Positions 44,119-53,564 of a stretch of 64,000 nucleotides of DNA are shown one piece after another. The translations under genes and the position numbers were made by a program. Under the pieces are notes generated by a model that saw only the letters and a program-made list of their open reading frames with translations, made no database searches and was not told where the DNA came from. The first letter of the stretch is position 1; every line of letters starts with the position of its first letter. Source of the stretch: Bacillota bacterium (GTDB lineage Bacteria > Bacillota > Clostridia > Christensenellales > SZUA-584); contig JAEXTV010000030.1 of assembly GCA_023406895.1 (NCBI GenBank), positions 13,921-77,920 on the forward strand, given 5' to 3'.

Positions 44119-46206
44119 ATGTTTACGGTCATACGCAAAAGAAGCGGTCTAAAAGAAATCTTTCAGCCCAAGAAGATCACGGAGGCGATATTCAAGGCGG
44201 CACAGGCTGTCGGCGGGGACGACATAAAAACAGCCGAACTGCTGACCGATCAGGTGGTGGATATCGCGCGCATCACGTTTGGCGACCGGATTCCGGGCGT
44301 GGAAGATATTCAGGACATCGTGGAGCGTGTGCTCATCAAAAACGGCCACGCGAAAACAGCCAAAGCCTATATTCTCTACCGTGAGAAGCGCAAGGGTGCA
44401 AGAGAGGCCAACGCGCTGATCGGTGCGACGATTGACATGTTTTCGAGCTATCTTTCGGATTCGGACTGGAACACACGCGAGAACGCGAACACACAGCGCA
44501 GCGTGAACGGCCTGAATAACTACATCCGGGAAGCGTTCACCAAGAAATACTGGCTGCATGAAATCTATCCGGCAGAGGTGAGGGACGCGCATCTGTCGGG
44601 TGACTGCCATATTCACGACCTCGGGTTTTTCGGCCCCTATTGCGCTGGCTGGGATTTGCGGCAGCTTTTGATGCTCGGTTTCGGCGGCATTCCCGGCAAG
44701 GTGGAAAGCAAACCCGCCAAGCACCTGCGTTCGTTTTTGGGGCAGATCGTCAATTCCACGTTTACCACACAGGGCGAGACGGCGGGCGCACAGGCCTGGT
44801 CGAGCTTTGATACATACTGCGCACCGTTCGTGCGTCAGGACAACATGTCGTTTGAAAATATCAAACAGTGTCTTCAGGAGTTTATATTCAACATCAACGT
44901 GCCGACCCGGGTCGGCTTTCAGTGCCCTTTCTCCAACCTGACTTTTGACATCAAGGTGCCCTCCACATTGAAGGACCATCCGGTCATCATCGGCGGCAAG
45001 CACCTTAATACCACCTACGGTGATTATCAGGCGGAAATGGACATCTTTAACCGCGCGTTCTGTGAGGTGATGCTCGAGGGCGACGCTAAGGGCCGTGTGT
45101 TCACGTTCCCGATACCGACCATCAACATCACAAAGGATTTTGACTGGAATACGCCTGTGGTCGATAAGTTCATGGAAATCACCTGCAAATACGGCATCCC
45201 GTATTTTGCGAACTACGTGAATTCCGACCTTTCGCCCGAAGACGCAGTATCGATGTGCTGCCGTTTGCGGCTCGATGTGAAGGAACTGCGAAAGCGCGGC
45301 GGCGGGCTTTTCGGCTCCAACCCGCTCACAGGCTCCATCGGCGTGTTCACAATCAATATGCCGCGCATCGGTTACCTTGCCCAAAGCGAGGAGGAGTTTT
45401 TTTCGCGTCTCAAGGCCATTGCCGTCACCGGAAAAACGTCGCTGGAAATCAAGCGCAAGATCATTGAGCAGCAAACAGAGAACGGCCTGTATCCGTATTC
45501 AGCGGTATATCTCAAAGATGTGAAGAAACGCTTCGGACAATACTGGTTTAACCATTTCAATACAATCGGGATCATCGGCATGCACGAGGCGCTGCTCAAT
45601 TTCATGGGCAAGGGCATTGAAACGCCCGAAGGCAACGCGTTTGCGGTGCGCGTGATGGAGTACCTTCGCGAGCTCATGCAGGAGTTCCAGAAGGAAACGG
45701 GCCATTCGTACAACCTCGAAGCGACGCCCGCCGAAGGGACAAGCTACCGCCTTGCCAAGCTCGACAAGGAACGCTTTCTTGATATCATCACATCGGGCAA
45801 GGACGTGCCTTATTACACCAACTCGACGCAGCTGCCCGTCGGCTTCACGGATGATATCATCGAAATGATCGAGATGCAGGATGAGCTGCAGTCGCTCTAC
45901 ACGGGCGGCACGGTGCAGCATCTGTACCTCGGCGAGCGCATTGAAGACCTGCAGACGGCCAAGCTTTTAATACAGCGGATATTCGCGGATTACAAGATGC
46001 CGTATATCTCGCTCACGCCCACATTCAGCGTTTGCGATGAGCACGGTTATCTGCCGGGCGAACAGTTCAGCTGCCCGCACTGCGGCGCGCAGACGGAAGT
46101 GTGGAGCCGCGTGGTGGGGTATCTGCGGCCCGTGCAGAACTTCAACGTGGGCAAGAAGGAAGAGTTCAAGGAAAGGGTCAAATTCGTCGTTCCCGAGGCC
46201 ATATAA
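44119..46206 (+). CDS. nrdD: Anaerobic ribonucleoside-triphosphate reductase
   Basis: ATP-cone N-terminus, class III RNR core, C-terminal zinc site CPHCG and glycyl-radical motif RVVGYLRP. GGGGG RBS before ATG 44119. Confidence 0.95.
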   Translation: MFTVIRKRSGLKEIFQPKKITEAIFKAAQAVGGDDIKTAELLTDQVVDIARITFGDRIPGVEDIQDIVERVLIKNGHAKTAKAYILYREKRKGAREANALIGATIDMFSSYLSDSDWNTRENANTQRSVNGLNNYIREAFTKKYWLHEIYPAEVRDAHLSGDCHIHDLGFFGPYCAGWDLRQLLMLGFGGIPGKVESKPAKHLRSFLGQIVNSTFTTQGETAGAQAWSSFDTYCAPFVRQDNMSFENIKQCLQEFIFNINVPTRVGFQCPFSNLTFDIKVPSTLKDHPVIIGGKHLNTTYGDYQAEMDIFNRAFCEVMLEGDAKGRVFTFPIPTINITKDFDWNTPVVDKFMEITCKYGIPYFANYVNSDLSPEDAVSMCCRLRLDVKELRKRGGGLFGSNPLTGSIGVFTINMPRIGYLAQSEEEFFSRLKAIAVTGKTSLEIKRKIIEQQTENGLYPYSAVYLKDVKKRFGQYWFNHFNTIGIIGMHEALLNFMGKGIETPEGNAFAVRVMEYLRELMQEFQKETGHSYNLEATPAEGTSYRLAKLDKERFLDIITSGKDVPYYTNSTQLPVGFTDDIIEMIEMQDELQSLYTGGTVQHLYLGERIEDLQTAKLLIQRIFADYKMPYISLTPTFSVCDEHGYLPGEQFSCPHCGAQTEVWSRVVGYLRPVQNFNVGKKEEFKERVKFVVPEAI

Positions 46207-46209
46207 GTC

Positions 46210-46878
46210 ATGCAGATTGCAGGTTTCGCCAAAAATTCATTTTTGGATTATCCCGGGCACATCGCGGCTGTCGTGTTTGTGCCCGGCTGCAATATGGACT
46301 GCTGGTATTGCCACAACCGTTCGCTTTGGAAAGCGAGAAACCTCATTCATCAGGCCTATGTGCTCGATTACCTTGATAAACGACGCCGTTTTTTAGACGG
46401 CGTTGTTATTTCGGGCGGGGAACCTACGCTGCAAAAAGACCTTGGTGATTTTATCAGGTGCGTGCGCGATATGGGCTTTTTTGTGAAGCTCGACACCAAC
46501 GGCTTGAAGCCGGATGTGGTCTCGGCGCTTCTCGGAGACGTGGATTACGTGGCGATGGACATCAAAGCGCCGCCCGGGCAGCTAAGCCGCGTGGTTTCAG
46601 GCGATATGGACGATGCGCCGATCTGGCAGACCGCCGACATATTGATGAACAGCGTTGCAGATTACGAATTTCGCACCACGTTTATGCCGCTGCTGACCAT
46701 TGAAGATATCACGGCGATCGCGCGGCGCGTAAAGGGAGCTAAAAAATACATCCTTCAGCAGTACCGCAAAGCCGAGAGCATTACGCCGCAGCCAGATCCG
46801 CACAGCGCTGAGACAATTAAAAAAGCGGCCGAAGCCGCCCGTGAATTTATCGCCGATGTGACCGTCCGGGGCTTATGA
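46210..46878 (+). CDS. nrdG: Anaerobic ribonucleotide reductase activating protein (radical SAM)
   Basis: FLDYPG ... VFVPGCNMDCWYCHN motif. Lies immediately downstream of nrdD. Confidence 0.9.
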   Translation: MQIAGFAKNSFLDYPGHIAAVVFVPGCNMDCWYCHNRSLWKARNLIHQAYVLDYLDKRRRFLDGVVISGGEPTLQKDLGDFIRCVRDMGFFVKLDTNGLKPDVVSALLGDVDYVAMDIKAPPGQLSRVVSGDMDDAPIWQTADILMNSVADYEFRTTFMPLLTIEDITAIARRVKGAKKYILQQYRKAESITPQPDPHSAETIKKAAEAAREFIADVTVRGL

Positions 46879-47265
46879 TTCGCTTGCCTCGGGCGATTCG
46901 GTTGTGATGCCGAGATCATCGAGAGGATTGCCGTCTGTCAGCCCTTCCACACCATCCACCGTCTTGTCAATCAGGTCGTCCACTGTGTTTCTAATCTGCT
47001 CTTTGGGCCAGAGCCCGAACGCGAGCCCTGCGAGCACGAGGCCGAGCACCAATATCACGACGAACTTGACGATTCCGCCAACCAGCTTCCAGATGATTGT
47101 AAAACCGATTAAAAATATCACAACCGCACCGACGATGATGACCCATTCGGGCAGTGCCTTGGCATAGGCCGCGCCTTCGTCGAGATTCGTCGGCAATGGG
47201 GCGCACGCGGCGAGAATGCCGATGGCGCAGAGCACGATGCATATCACAAGCATGAATTTCTTCAT
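46873..47265 (-). CDS. Small lipoprotein/membrane protein
   Basis: AAGGAG RBS before ATG 47265. Signal peptide with lipobox (GILAAC), two further TM segments, acidic C-terminus. Confidence 0.6.
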   Translation of the reverse strand: MKKFMLVICIVLCAIGILAACAPLPTNLDEGAAYAKALPEWVIIVGAVVIFLIGFTIIWKLVGGIVKFVVILVLGLVLAGLAFGLWPKEQIRNTVDDLIDKTVDGVEGLTDGNPLDDLGITTESPEASES

Positions 47266-47550
47266 TGACAGATACTCCTTCATGCCGACATTATAGCGTA
47301 AATTTACCAACACGTAAAGGGGCAGTGATGCGCCTGTTTTGTTTCTTAAGCTATTAATTTTCGTTTAAATGGGAAGCGTAGTATGGCAATGCATACAGGG
47401 CGGGTGTGTTATCATGCAAATGAAGAGAAGCTTTTAGGCTTATCAATAGTCTCAACCAATAGAAAAAATCATAGCCTCCATCATGTGTGTCACTCGATAA
47501 TATGGGCTGCTGCAGCCGCTAGAAAATCTTCAGTCAATTAAATCAAAAAC

Positions 47551-48022
47551 CTTAACGTAGTGGGAGCGAAGCGACGACTACGAAGTGGCGCGAACCTCAT
47601 GTTATTAGCGTTTAGCCATGGGATGCTTCGACAGAAAGTAATTTTTTGATGAGGTTTGCTGAGGGGAAGGAAAAGCCTCACAAAAGCTGTTTCATGTTAT
47701 TCTGGTTAAATAAATTTGAGCCTGATGAACAACCCCTTCTGATAAGCAATTGTATCCGGTTATACAGCCCTTAACGTAGTGGGAGCGAAGCGACGACTAC
47801 GAAGTGGCGCGAACCTCATGCTATTCACGTTTAGCCATGGGATGCTTCGACAGAAAGTAATTTTTTGATGAGGTTTGCCGAGGGGAAGGAAAAGCCTCAC
47901 AAAAGCTGTTTCATGTTATTCTCGTCAGATAAATTTGAGTCTGATGAGCAACCCCTTCTGATAAGCAATTGTATGCGGTTATACAGCGCTTTACGTAGTG
48001 GGAGCGAAGCGACGACGACGAT
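47551..48022. repeat. 219-bp direct tandem repeat: two full copies plus one internally deleted copy
   Basis: Units start at 47551, 47770 and 47989 (CTTAACGTAGTGGGAGCGAAGCGACGACTACG...). Copies 1 and 2 differ at roughly a dozen positions. Copy 3 keeps the first roughly 30 nt and then resumes near GATGAGCA(A/T)CCCCTTCT. Confidence 0.9.
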
Positions 48023-48129
48023 ATGGATGAGCATCCCCTTCTTTCTCTTTTAAAAAAACGCACATAATGGTATCATTGACTTTGATCTTTGTCCGATTTC
48101 CGGCAAAGCGGTTTATCACGGAGGAATTT

Positions 48130-48975
48130 ATGTTTATTGCAAACAACACGGGCGATTACGCCGTGCTCGATACGGGCGGCGGAGATAAACTCGAAAATAT
48201 CGGCGGCATCATACTGCAGCGGCCCGACCCGCAGGTGATATGGGAGCGCAGCGGCGCGGCCCCGTGGCAGCCGCACGCGGTTTACGACCGCAGCGCGACC
48301 GGCGGCGGCAATTGGCGGTTTTTAAAAAAGGTGCCCGATAAATGGACGGTGACAATCGGCGGCCTGAAGTTCATTGTGCGCCTCACGGGCTTTAAGCACA
48401 TCGGCGTATTCCCCGAGCAGTCTTTCAACTGGGATTATATCGCGCAATGCATCACGGCGGCGAACCGGCCCATCAAGCTGCTTAACCTTTTTGCGTACAC
48501 GGGCGGTGCCACCGTCGCGGCGCTCAGTGCCGGGGCCTCCGTGGTGCATGTGGACGCGGCCAAAAGTATGAACGACTGGGCGAAGGACAACGTAAAAGCG
48601 AACGGCCTTGAGGAGGCATCCGTACGCTTTATCGCGGACGACTGCCATAAATTCGTGCTGCGTGAGCAGCGGCGCGGCAACACCTACGACGCGATTGTGA
48701 TGGACCCGCCCTCTTACGGGCGCAGCCAAAGCGGCGTATGGAAGATTGAGGACGCGCTGTTTGAGCTTGTGAAAGACTGCGCAAAGCTGCTAAGCGACGA
48801 TCCGCTTTGCTTCATCATCAACTCATACACAACCGGACTTTCGGATGTGGTGACACGCAATATGCTGGCGCTTTGCCTCAAAGGCGGGCATATTGAATCG
48901 GATACGCTCGTGCTGCCGCAGCAGAATTCGCGCGTGCACCTGCCGTGCGGCACCACAGCCAGGTGGCAGGCGTGA
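48130..48975 (+). CDS. Class I SAM-dependent RNA methyltransferase (RlmI/RlmK-like core)
   Basis: LNLFAYTGGATVAA SAM-binding motif and IVMDPPSYGR catalytic-type motif. GGAGG RBS before ATG 48130. Confidence 0.75.
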   Translation: MFIANNTGDYAVLDTGGGDKLENIGGIILQRPDPQVIWERSGAAPWQPHAVYDRSATGGGNWRFLKKVPDKWTVTIGGLKFIVRLTGFKHIGVFPEQSFNWDYIAQCITAANRPIKLLNLFAYTGGATVAALSAGASVVHVDAAKSMNDWAKDNVKANGLEEASVRFIADDCHKFVLREQRRGNTYDAIVMDPPSYGRSQSGVWKIEDALFELVKDCAKLLSDDPLCFIINSYTTGLSDVVTRNMLALCLKGGHIESDTLVLPQQNSRVHLPCGTTARWQA

Positions 48976-49640
48976 ACGTGATCTATGAAGACAATCACCT
49001 GCTTGTGGTTGTGAAGCCTTATGGCGTGCCGTCTCAGGCGGACGACACAGGTGATGCGGACATGCTGAGTATGGCCAAGGCATACATCGGCGAAAAGTAC
49101 AACAAGCCGGGCGCGGTGTATTTGGGGCTTGTGCACCGGCTCGACAGGCCGACGAGCGGCGTAATGGTGTTCGCGCGCACCTCCAAGGCGGCCGCGCGAT
49201 TGTCTGCGCAGATACAAAACGGCACGTTTGAAAAAACGTATCTCGCGGTGCTCACGGCGATGCCGCCGGACAGCGAAGGCGAGCTGTGGCACTATCTTAC
49301 CAAGGACGAAAACACGCATATCGCGTCTGTGTCGGACAAACCGTCGGCCAACGGGAAAAAAGCGGGGCTTGAGTATGCGGTGCTGGCGGAGAAGGACGGG
49401 CTGGTTCTCGTGCGCGTGAAGCTGCTAACCGGGCGGTTTCATCAGATACGCGCGCAGTTCGCGCATGTGGGCGCGTCGGTTTACGGGGATATGAAATACG
49501 GTGCGAGAAATGTGAAGGCACCGCTCGCGCTGTTTGCGAGCTGTATCCGCCTCGATCACCCGACCACGGGGGAGAGGATGACGTTTGAGGCGCAGCCGGA
49601 GGATAATGTGTTTCGGGTGTTTGAATCAAGCGGGCGTTAA
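48972..49640 (+). CDS. RluA family pseudouridine synthase (no S4 domain)
   Basis: Canonical LVHRLDRPTSGVMVFART catalytic motif and a HQIRAQ motif. GTGA overlap with the methyltransferase gene. Confidence 0.88.
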   Translation: MNVIYEDNHLLVVVKPYGVPSQADDTGDADMLSMAKAYIGEKYNKPGAVYLGLVHRLDRPTSGVMVFARTSKAAARLSAQIQNGTFEKTYLAVLTAMPPDSEGELWHYLTKDENTHIASVSDKPSANGKKAGLEYAVLAEKDGLVLVRVKLLTGRFHQIRAQFAHVGASVYGDMKYGARNVKAPLALFASCIRLDHPTTGERMTFEAQPEDNVFRVFESSGR

Positions 49641-49646
49641 TCTTAT

Positions 49647-50183
49647 TTAAGCGGACGGGATGGAATTGACATAACGAATTAACGGTGCAATAACATCTCG
49701 ATTAGAATAGTCGTAGGAATTGCGGATGGCATCTGCGGCACCCATCTCAACATCAGATTTGTTCATTTTCAGTTTTAAAAACGCTTTAAACATGCCCATC
49801 AGCAGCCTGTCTGCTCTGTGCATCCTGGCATAATTCATGCCGCTTTGAAAATAGAAGAACGCAATGTCTTTTTCGCCGGGAATATTGGTTTTTCTGAATC
49901 TCTCAATTTCGCTCGGAAGGGCGGGAGTCGCGCCGGTTGCAAAAACGATGACTTTTTTGTTGGCCATAGCGGACAGGTTCTTCTTAATAAAACCAATCCC
50001 ATTAATGGTACCCGCATGGATGCCTCCGCCGAAAATAACCACATCGTATCGGCTCATCTGCGAGGGCCTGATTTTCTCTAAACGCACAGCATCACAGTGC
50101 AGCTCTTCAGCAATCCAATGGGCAAATTTCTCTGTAAACCCTGTTTTGGATTTGTACACAATGAGTCTTTTCATATTTGTCAT
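49647..50183 (-). CDS. Flavodoxin-domain protein (HemG-like fold)
   Basis: IVYKSKTGFTEKFA FMN-binding N-terminus. AGGAGA RBS. Confidence 0.7.
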   Translation of the reverse strand: MTNMKRLIVYKSKTGFTEKFAHWIAEELHCDAVRLEKIRPSQMSRYDVVIFGGGIHAGTINGIGFIKKNLSAMANKKVIVFATGATPALPSEIERFRKTNIPGEKDIAFFYFQSGMNYARMHRADRLLMGMFKAFLKLKMNKSDVEMGAADAIRNSYDYSNRDVIAPLIRYVNSIPSA

Positions 50184-50315
50184 CTTGATTTCTCCTGCTG
50201 TATGAATCGGTGGTTTGTTCTTTTGGGCAGATCAGTACAGACATAATGTTCGTGTAAAATTTACAACTGTATATTCTCGAGCCGATACGATAGACGGGGT
50301 GCAGCAGAGTGCTGT

Positions 50316-51230
50316 TCACCCGATCATTCTGATAAATTCCTTTTCGTCTATGATCCGAATACGGTTTCCTATACAAATCAATTCTAATGCTTTCTTGGTT
50401 TTGATGCTCTCTTGACTACCGGAGAGCCTTGAAGCATCCTGTAAACCCGCAACAAGAAAATTCGTATCCACGGTGAGCGTTTCAGAAACGATGCCGCCTG
50501 CATCCACCACCCGCTGCATCGCCTCGTGCCGCGGCATGCTCAGCAGCGTTCCCGTGAACACGACCTTTTTGCCATACAAGGCGTGACCCGGGTCAAATGA
50601 TTCCGTTCGTGCCGTCACTTGCTTGCCCCTGCAGGTTTTGCTGGTGCTGCATGGCTCATATCCGCCCGCATAGAGCTGCCCGATTCTCATGCCAAGCGCT
50701 TTTGTCAGTGTATTAAAATCACTCAGCTTCTTTTCTTTGAAAATTTTCGAGAGTATATTGGCACAGGCCAGAGCGTCTTCAAGCGCATTGTGATGAACAA
50801 AGCGGAAATTCAAATGTCTGGACACCGTATCAAGCTTATGGTTCTCAAGGTCTGCCCATGTTTTCTGGGCGGCCTTGAATGTGCATACGTAATCAACGCG
50901 CGGATATTCAATATGGTAAAGATCAAGCACATGCCTCAGCGCCGACATATCAAACGCCGCGTTGTGCGCGGCCAGCACCGTGCCTTGAATGACGGGTGCG
51001 ATTTCGTTTGTGTAGACCGTATCGAATTCATCGGCCTCTGCGACCATATCCTTTGTGATGCCGTGGATATACACGTTAAACGGATCAAAATAGCTGTGAT
51101 CTTTGTGGGGCTTTATCAGCCAGTATTTTTTATCGACCACAACGCCATCTTCCACGATGGCGAGCCCGACCGCGCAGATGCTGCCGATGAAGCTGTTGGC
51201 TGTTTCAAAATCCAATGCGGTAAAGCGCAT
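50316..51230 (-). CDS. DEDDh 3'-5' exonuclease (DnaQ/epsilon-like) fused to a C-terminal BRCT domain
   Basis: Exo motifs ALDFETAN, AHNAAFD and HNALEDA. C-terminal KKVVFTGTL ... AGGIVSETLTVDTNFLVAG is BRCT-like. ATG 51230 has a GGAG RBS; 51242 is an alternative. Confidence 0.85.
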   Translation of the reverse strand: MRFTALDFETANSFIGSICAVGLAIVEDGVVVDKKYWLIKPHKDHSYFDPFNVYIHGITKDMVAEADEFDTVYTNEIAPVIQGTVLAAHNAAFDMSALRHVLDLYHIEYPRVDYVCTFKAAQKTWADLENHKLDTVSRHLNFRFVHHNALEDALACANILSKIFKEKKLSDFNTLTKALGMRIGQLYAGGYEPCSTSKTCRGKQVTARTESFDPGHALYGKKVVFTGTLLSMPRHEAMQRVVDAGGIVSETLTVDTNFLVAGLQDASRLSGSQESIKTKKALELICIGNRIRIIDEKEFIRMIG

Positions 51231-51440
51231 ATCAATCTCCATTGTTGCGTTTGTGAATATATTGCTGTCAGCTTAAATCGGCGGAGCTTTTAATGCAGGT
51301 GAACAGTATAATTTTACCGCAGGCGTTTCTTTCCGTCAATGAGGGAGGGTGAGAAGATGGGATTGGAGGCGCAGCCGGAGATAAAGCCGCTCTGGAAGTA
51401 GAATCGATAAATTCCGTAATTGGCTTATGCCTTTGGTTAT

Positions 51441-52001
51441 TTACATAGGCTTCAGGTTCTGGTTTAAGCGCAGTATTATCTTTTCAAGACGTTTTCGTCT
51501 TGTTTCTTCCGATTTCGCGTCAAGATAAAACGCGGTATAGGTTTTTTTCACCGATGGCGGCATCGCCATAAAGTTAGAAAAGGCAGGTTCAAAGCCTCTG
51601 AGCTTGTCAATGAGTATCTCGATGTCGGCATCAGATATTTTTGCAGGAGGAGGTGCGTCCCACATGCCGTTTCTTTTGGCATCTTCTATTTTGGCGTAAC
51701 CGTATTCCGTCATCAGCCCTTTATTGATAAGATCATTCACAATGGCCTTATTCTTTTCAGACCATTTGCTTTTTTTGCTCCGCATTGCGAAATACTTCAT
51801 ATATGTTCTCTCGTTAATGCTTTGCATTTGGCCGTCAATCCAGCCAAAACACAGAGCTTCTTCAAGAGCGTCTTTGGCGCTTATGGTCTTTGGCCCTCCG
51901 GTTTTGCCGAACACAAGCCAAACGCCTTGGCTCGAAAGGCAATTGGCTTGCAGCCATTGCCTGAAAGCATCCCTTGATTCAAATTGCATATGGTCTGACA
52001 T
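51441..52001 (-). CDS. YdeI/OmpD-associated family protein
   Basis: F.S...FR.WL..N ... GVWLVF.K ... EALCFGWIDGQ pattern. GGAGG RBS. Confidence 0.65.
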   Translation of the reverse strand: MSDHMQFESRDAFRQWLQANCLSSQGVWLVFGKTGGPKTISAKDALEEALCFGWIDGQMQSINERTYMKYFAMRSKKSKWSEKNKAIVNDLINKGLMTEYGYAKIEDAKRNGMWDAPPPAKISDADIEILIDKLRGFEPAFSNFMAMPPSVKKTYTAFYLDAKSEETRRKRLEKIILRLNQNLKPM

Positions 52002-52144
52002 CTCTCATAGCCTCCACTCAAAGTTAAGCCTGCCTCACTTGAATCAATTCGATAGGCGCGCCATTTTCTTCAATAAAACAACGGTTGTACCCGGTGATGG
52101 GCGTTTGGGTTCAATAATCACTTTTCATACTTTTCATTGGCTCA

Positions 52145-52462
52145 TTATACAAAGGGATTCTCCGAATCGAAAACCTCTTGTAATATGACGATAGGATCAG
52201 ATATCAAGCCGTATTCTTCATCCTCCGGGTATGTGACAGCGATTGTTGGTTCATTGCCGGCGTAGGCGATCACACTATCCATCGTGTCCCACTTTGTGCA
52301 TAAAAAGAAGTGGGCATATTCCCCCTGCTCAACAATTTTCAAATAAGCACCTTTATTTCCTTCTATGGATAATGAATCCTTCACTCCTGTTTCATATTCA
52401 TACCTTTCAAAGACATCCTTCATATGAATGGGCACAATGCCATGCCATGTTCTCGATATCAT
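52145..52462 (-). CDS. Small ABM/Dabb-fold (antibiotic-biosynthesis-monooxygenase-like) protein
   Basis: 105 aa. The MISRTWHG start and alpha+beta pattern resemble ABM-domain proteins. This is a weak call. Confidence 0.45.
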   Translation of the reverse strand: MISRTWHGIVPIHMKDVFERYEYETGVKDSLSIEGNKGAYLKIVEQGEYAHFFLCTKWDTMDSVIAYAGNEPTIAVTYPEDEEYGLISDPIVILQEVFDSENPFV

Positions 52463-52539
52463 TATTTCTTCCTTGCCTTATTTTCTATAATAAAGTTACT
52501 TTCAAATTTGACAGCTTCTCAGTTTCCCCACGCTGTTCC

Positions 52540-53082
52540 TCATATCTGCCTGTACTTTCGGTAATAGTAGTAACTGTCGCTATCCATATTGGGTTGCTTA
52601 TGTCCGATGGGCGTCCGCTTTTCAAACAGCTCAAAACCGCATTTTTCTGCCAGTTTACAGGATGGCTCATTGGCACAGTCTATCGTTAAAATCAAATAGG
52701 GGATATCAGAAACGGAAAAACACCAATCAACGAGGTCATTGACCGCTTTATGCGTATATCCTTTGCGCCGATAAGGCTCGCTCATAAAATAAGCGACTTC
52801 AACTTCGTTGAGAGTCTCTTCTACCCCCATGCCAACCATGCCGATCAGCTCGTCTGTTTGGGTTATAACAACAGCATACCGCTTGTTTTCATACACATTT
52901 GTGGAGTCCTTTTTGGTTTGAAACCAATCTATTAAACCGAAGTAATCCTCCGGAAGTTGACCCTCCTCAGCCCAATCATTCATAAACCGAACGATGTCTT
53001 TCTCGCGGACAATTCTCCAAAGCGAGTCGACATCGTTTCTGGTAAAATCACGTATTGTGATGTCGCCTAATTCTATTCTCAT
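52540..53082 (-). CDS. GNAT family N-acetyltransferase (RimJ/RimL-like)
   Basis: Acetyl-CoA motif A (YRRKGYTHKAVNDLVDW) and overall GNAT length. Confidence 0.8.
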   Translation of the reverse strand: MRIELGDITIRDFTRNDVDSLWRIVREKDIVRFMNDWAEEGQLPEDYFGLIDWFQTKKDSTNVYENKRYAVVITQTDELIGMVGMGVEETLNEVEVAYFMSEPYRRKGYTHKAVNDLVDWCFSVSDIPYLILTIDCANEPSCKLAEKCGFELFEKRTPIGHKQPNMDSDSYYYYRKYRQI

Positions 53083-53126
53083 ATAACCTCACATTCAAAA
53101 ATATGTAGAGTAACAATACGCTCATT

Positions 53127-53495
53127 TTAAACCCAGTATGCATTAATAATAGAGATTAAAGGATCATGTCTATCTTCACAGTCAATCAAATAATCAACAA
53201 ACAGTTGTTCAACTTCCGGGTCATTTTTAAAGGCTAATAATGTTTTGTACGCCTGAACTTTTAAATTGCAATAAGGTAGTTTCTTCGCACAAGTGAGAGC
53301 GGTTAATTTGAGTCGCGGATCGTTGTGTTTTGCCATCATAAATAGAATGCCTTTCATCTTCTGCTGATTTTCACTGCTGAGGTTAGCGATGCACTTAGCA
53401 ATGTATTCATTAGTAACTGTTGAAATATCAGATATGCCTGCAGATATCATATCTGCATATTCCGTCACAGTTGGATATTTGTTGGCTGTATCCAA
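53127..53495 (-). CDS. Hypothetical alpha-helical (HEAT-like) protein, or the 3' part of the upstream ORF
   Basis: Only a TTG start with a weak RBS. It lies in the same frame as ORF 53565..54416. The 23 codons between them are open, so a single TAA separates the two. Confidence 0.4.
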   Translation of the reverse strand: MDTANKYPTVTEYADMISAGISDISTVTNEYIAKCIANLSSENQQKMKGILFMMAKHNDPRLKLTALTCAKKLPYCNLKVQAYKTLLAFKNDPEVEQLFVDYLIDCEDRHDPLISIINAYWV

Positions 53496-53564
53496 ATATG
53501 CTTTTTCCCAAACTCGTTTAATGATGGTTCCTGCGGTAATATCTACTGACTGATGAATATCCCA

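Noticed and set aside
44149-45474. 441-aa minus-strand ORF inside nrdD
   Set aside because: A shadow ORF with Arg/His/Ala-rich low-information composition. The plus strand is an unmistakable class III RNR.
47551-48022. 219-bp repeats as a CRISPR array or as a DGR template/variable-repeat pair
   Set aside because: The units are contiguous, with no unique spacers, and are far longer than CRISPR repeats. Differences between copies are of mixed type rather than adenine-specific. No cas or reverse-transcriptase gene is nearby.
47649-48053. Small ORFs inside the repeat units (about 41 aa in unit 1; the 62-aa ORF 47865..48053 in unit 2)
   Set aside because: There is no Shine-Dalgarno sequence. Substitutions between the two copies are mostly non-synonymous and remove the stop in copy 2, so coding looks unlikely. 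This was not excluded experimentally.
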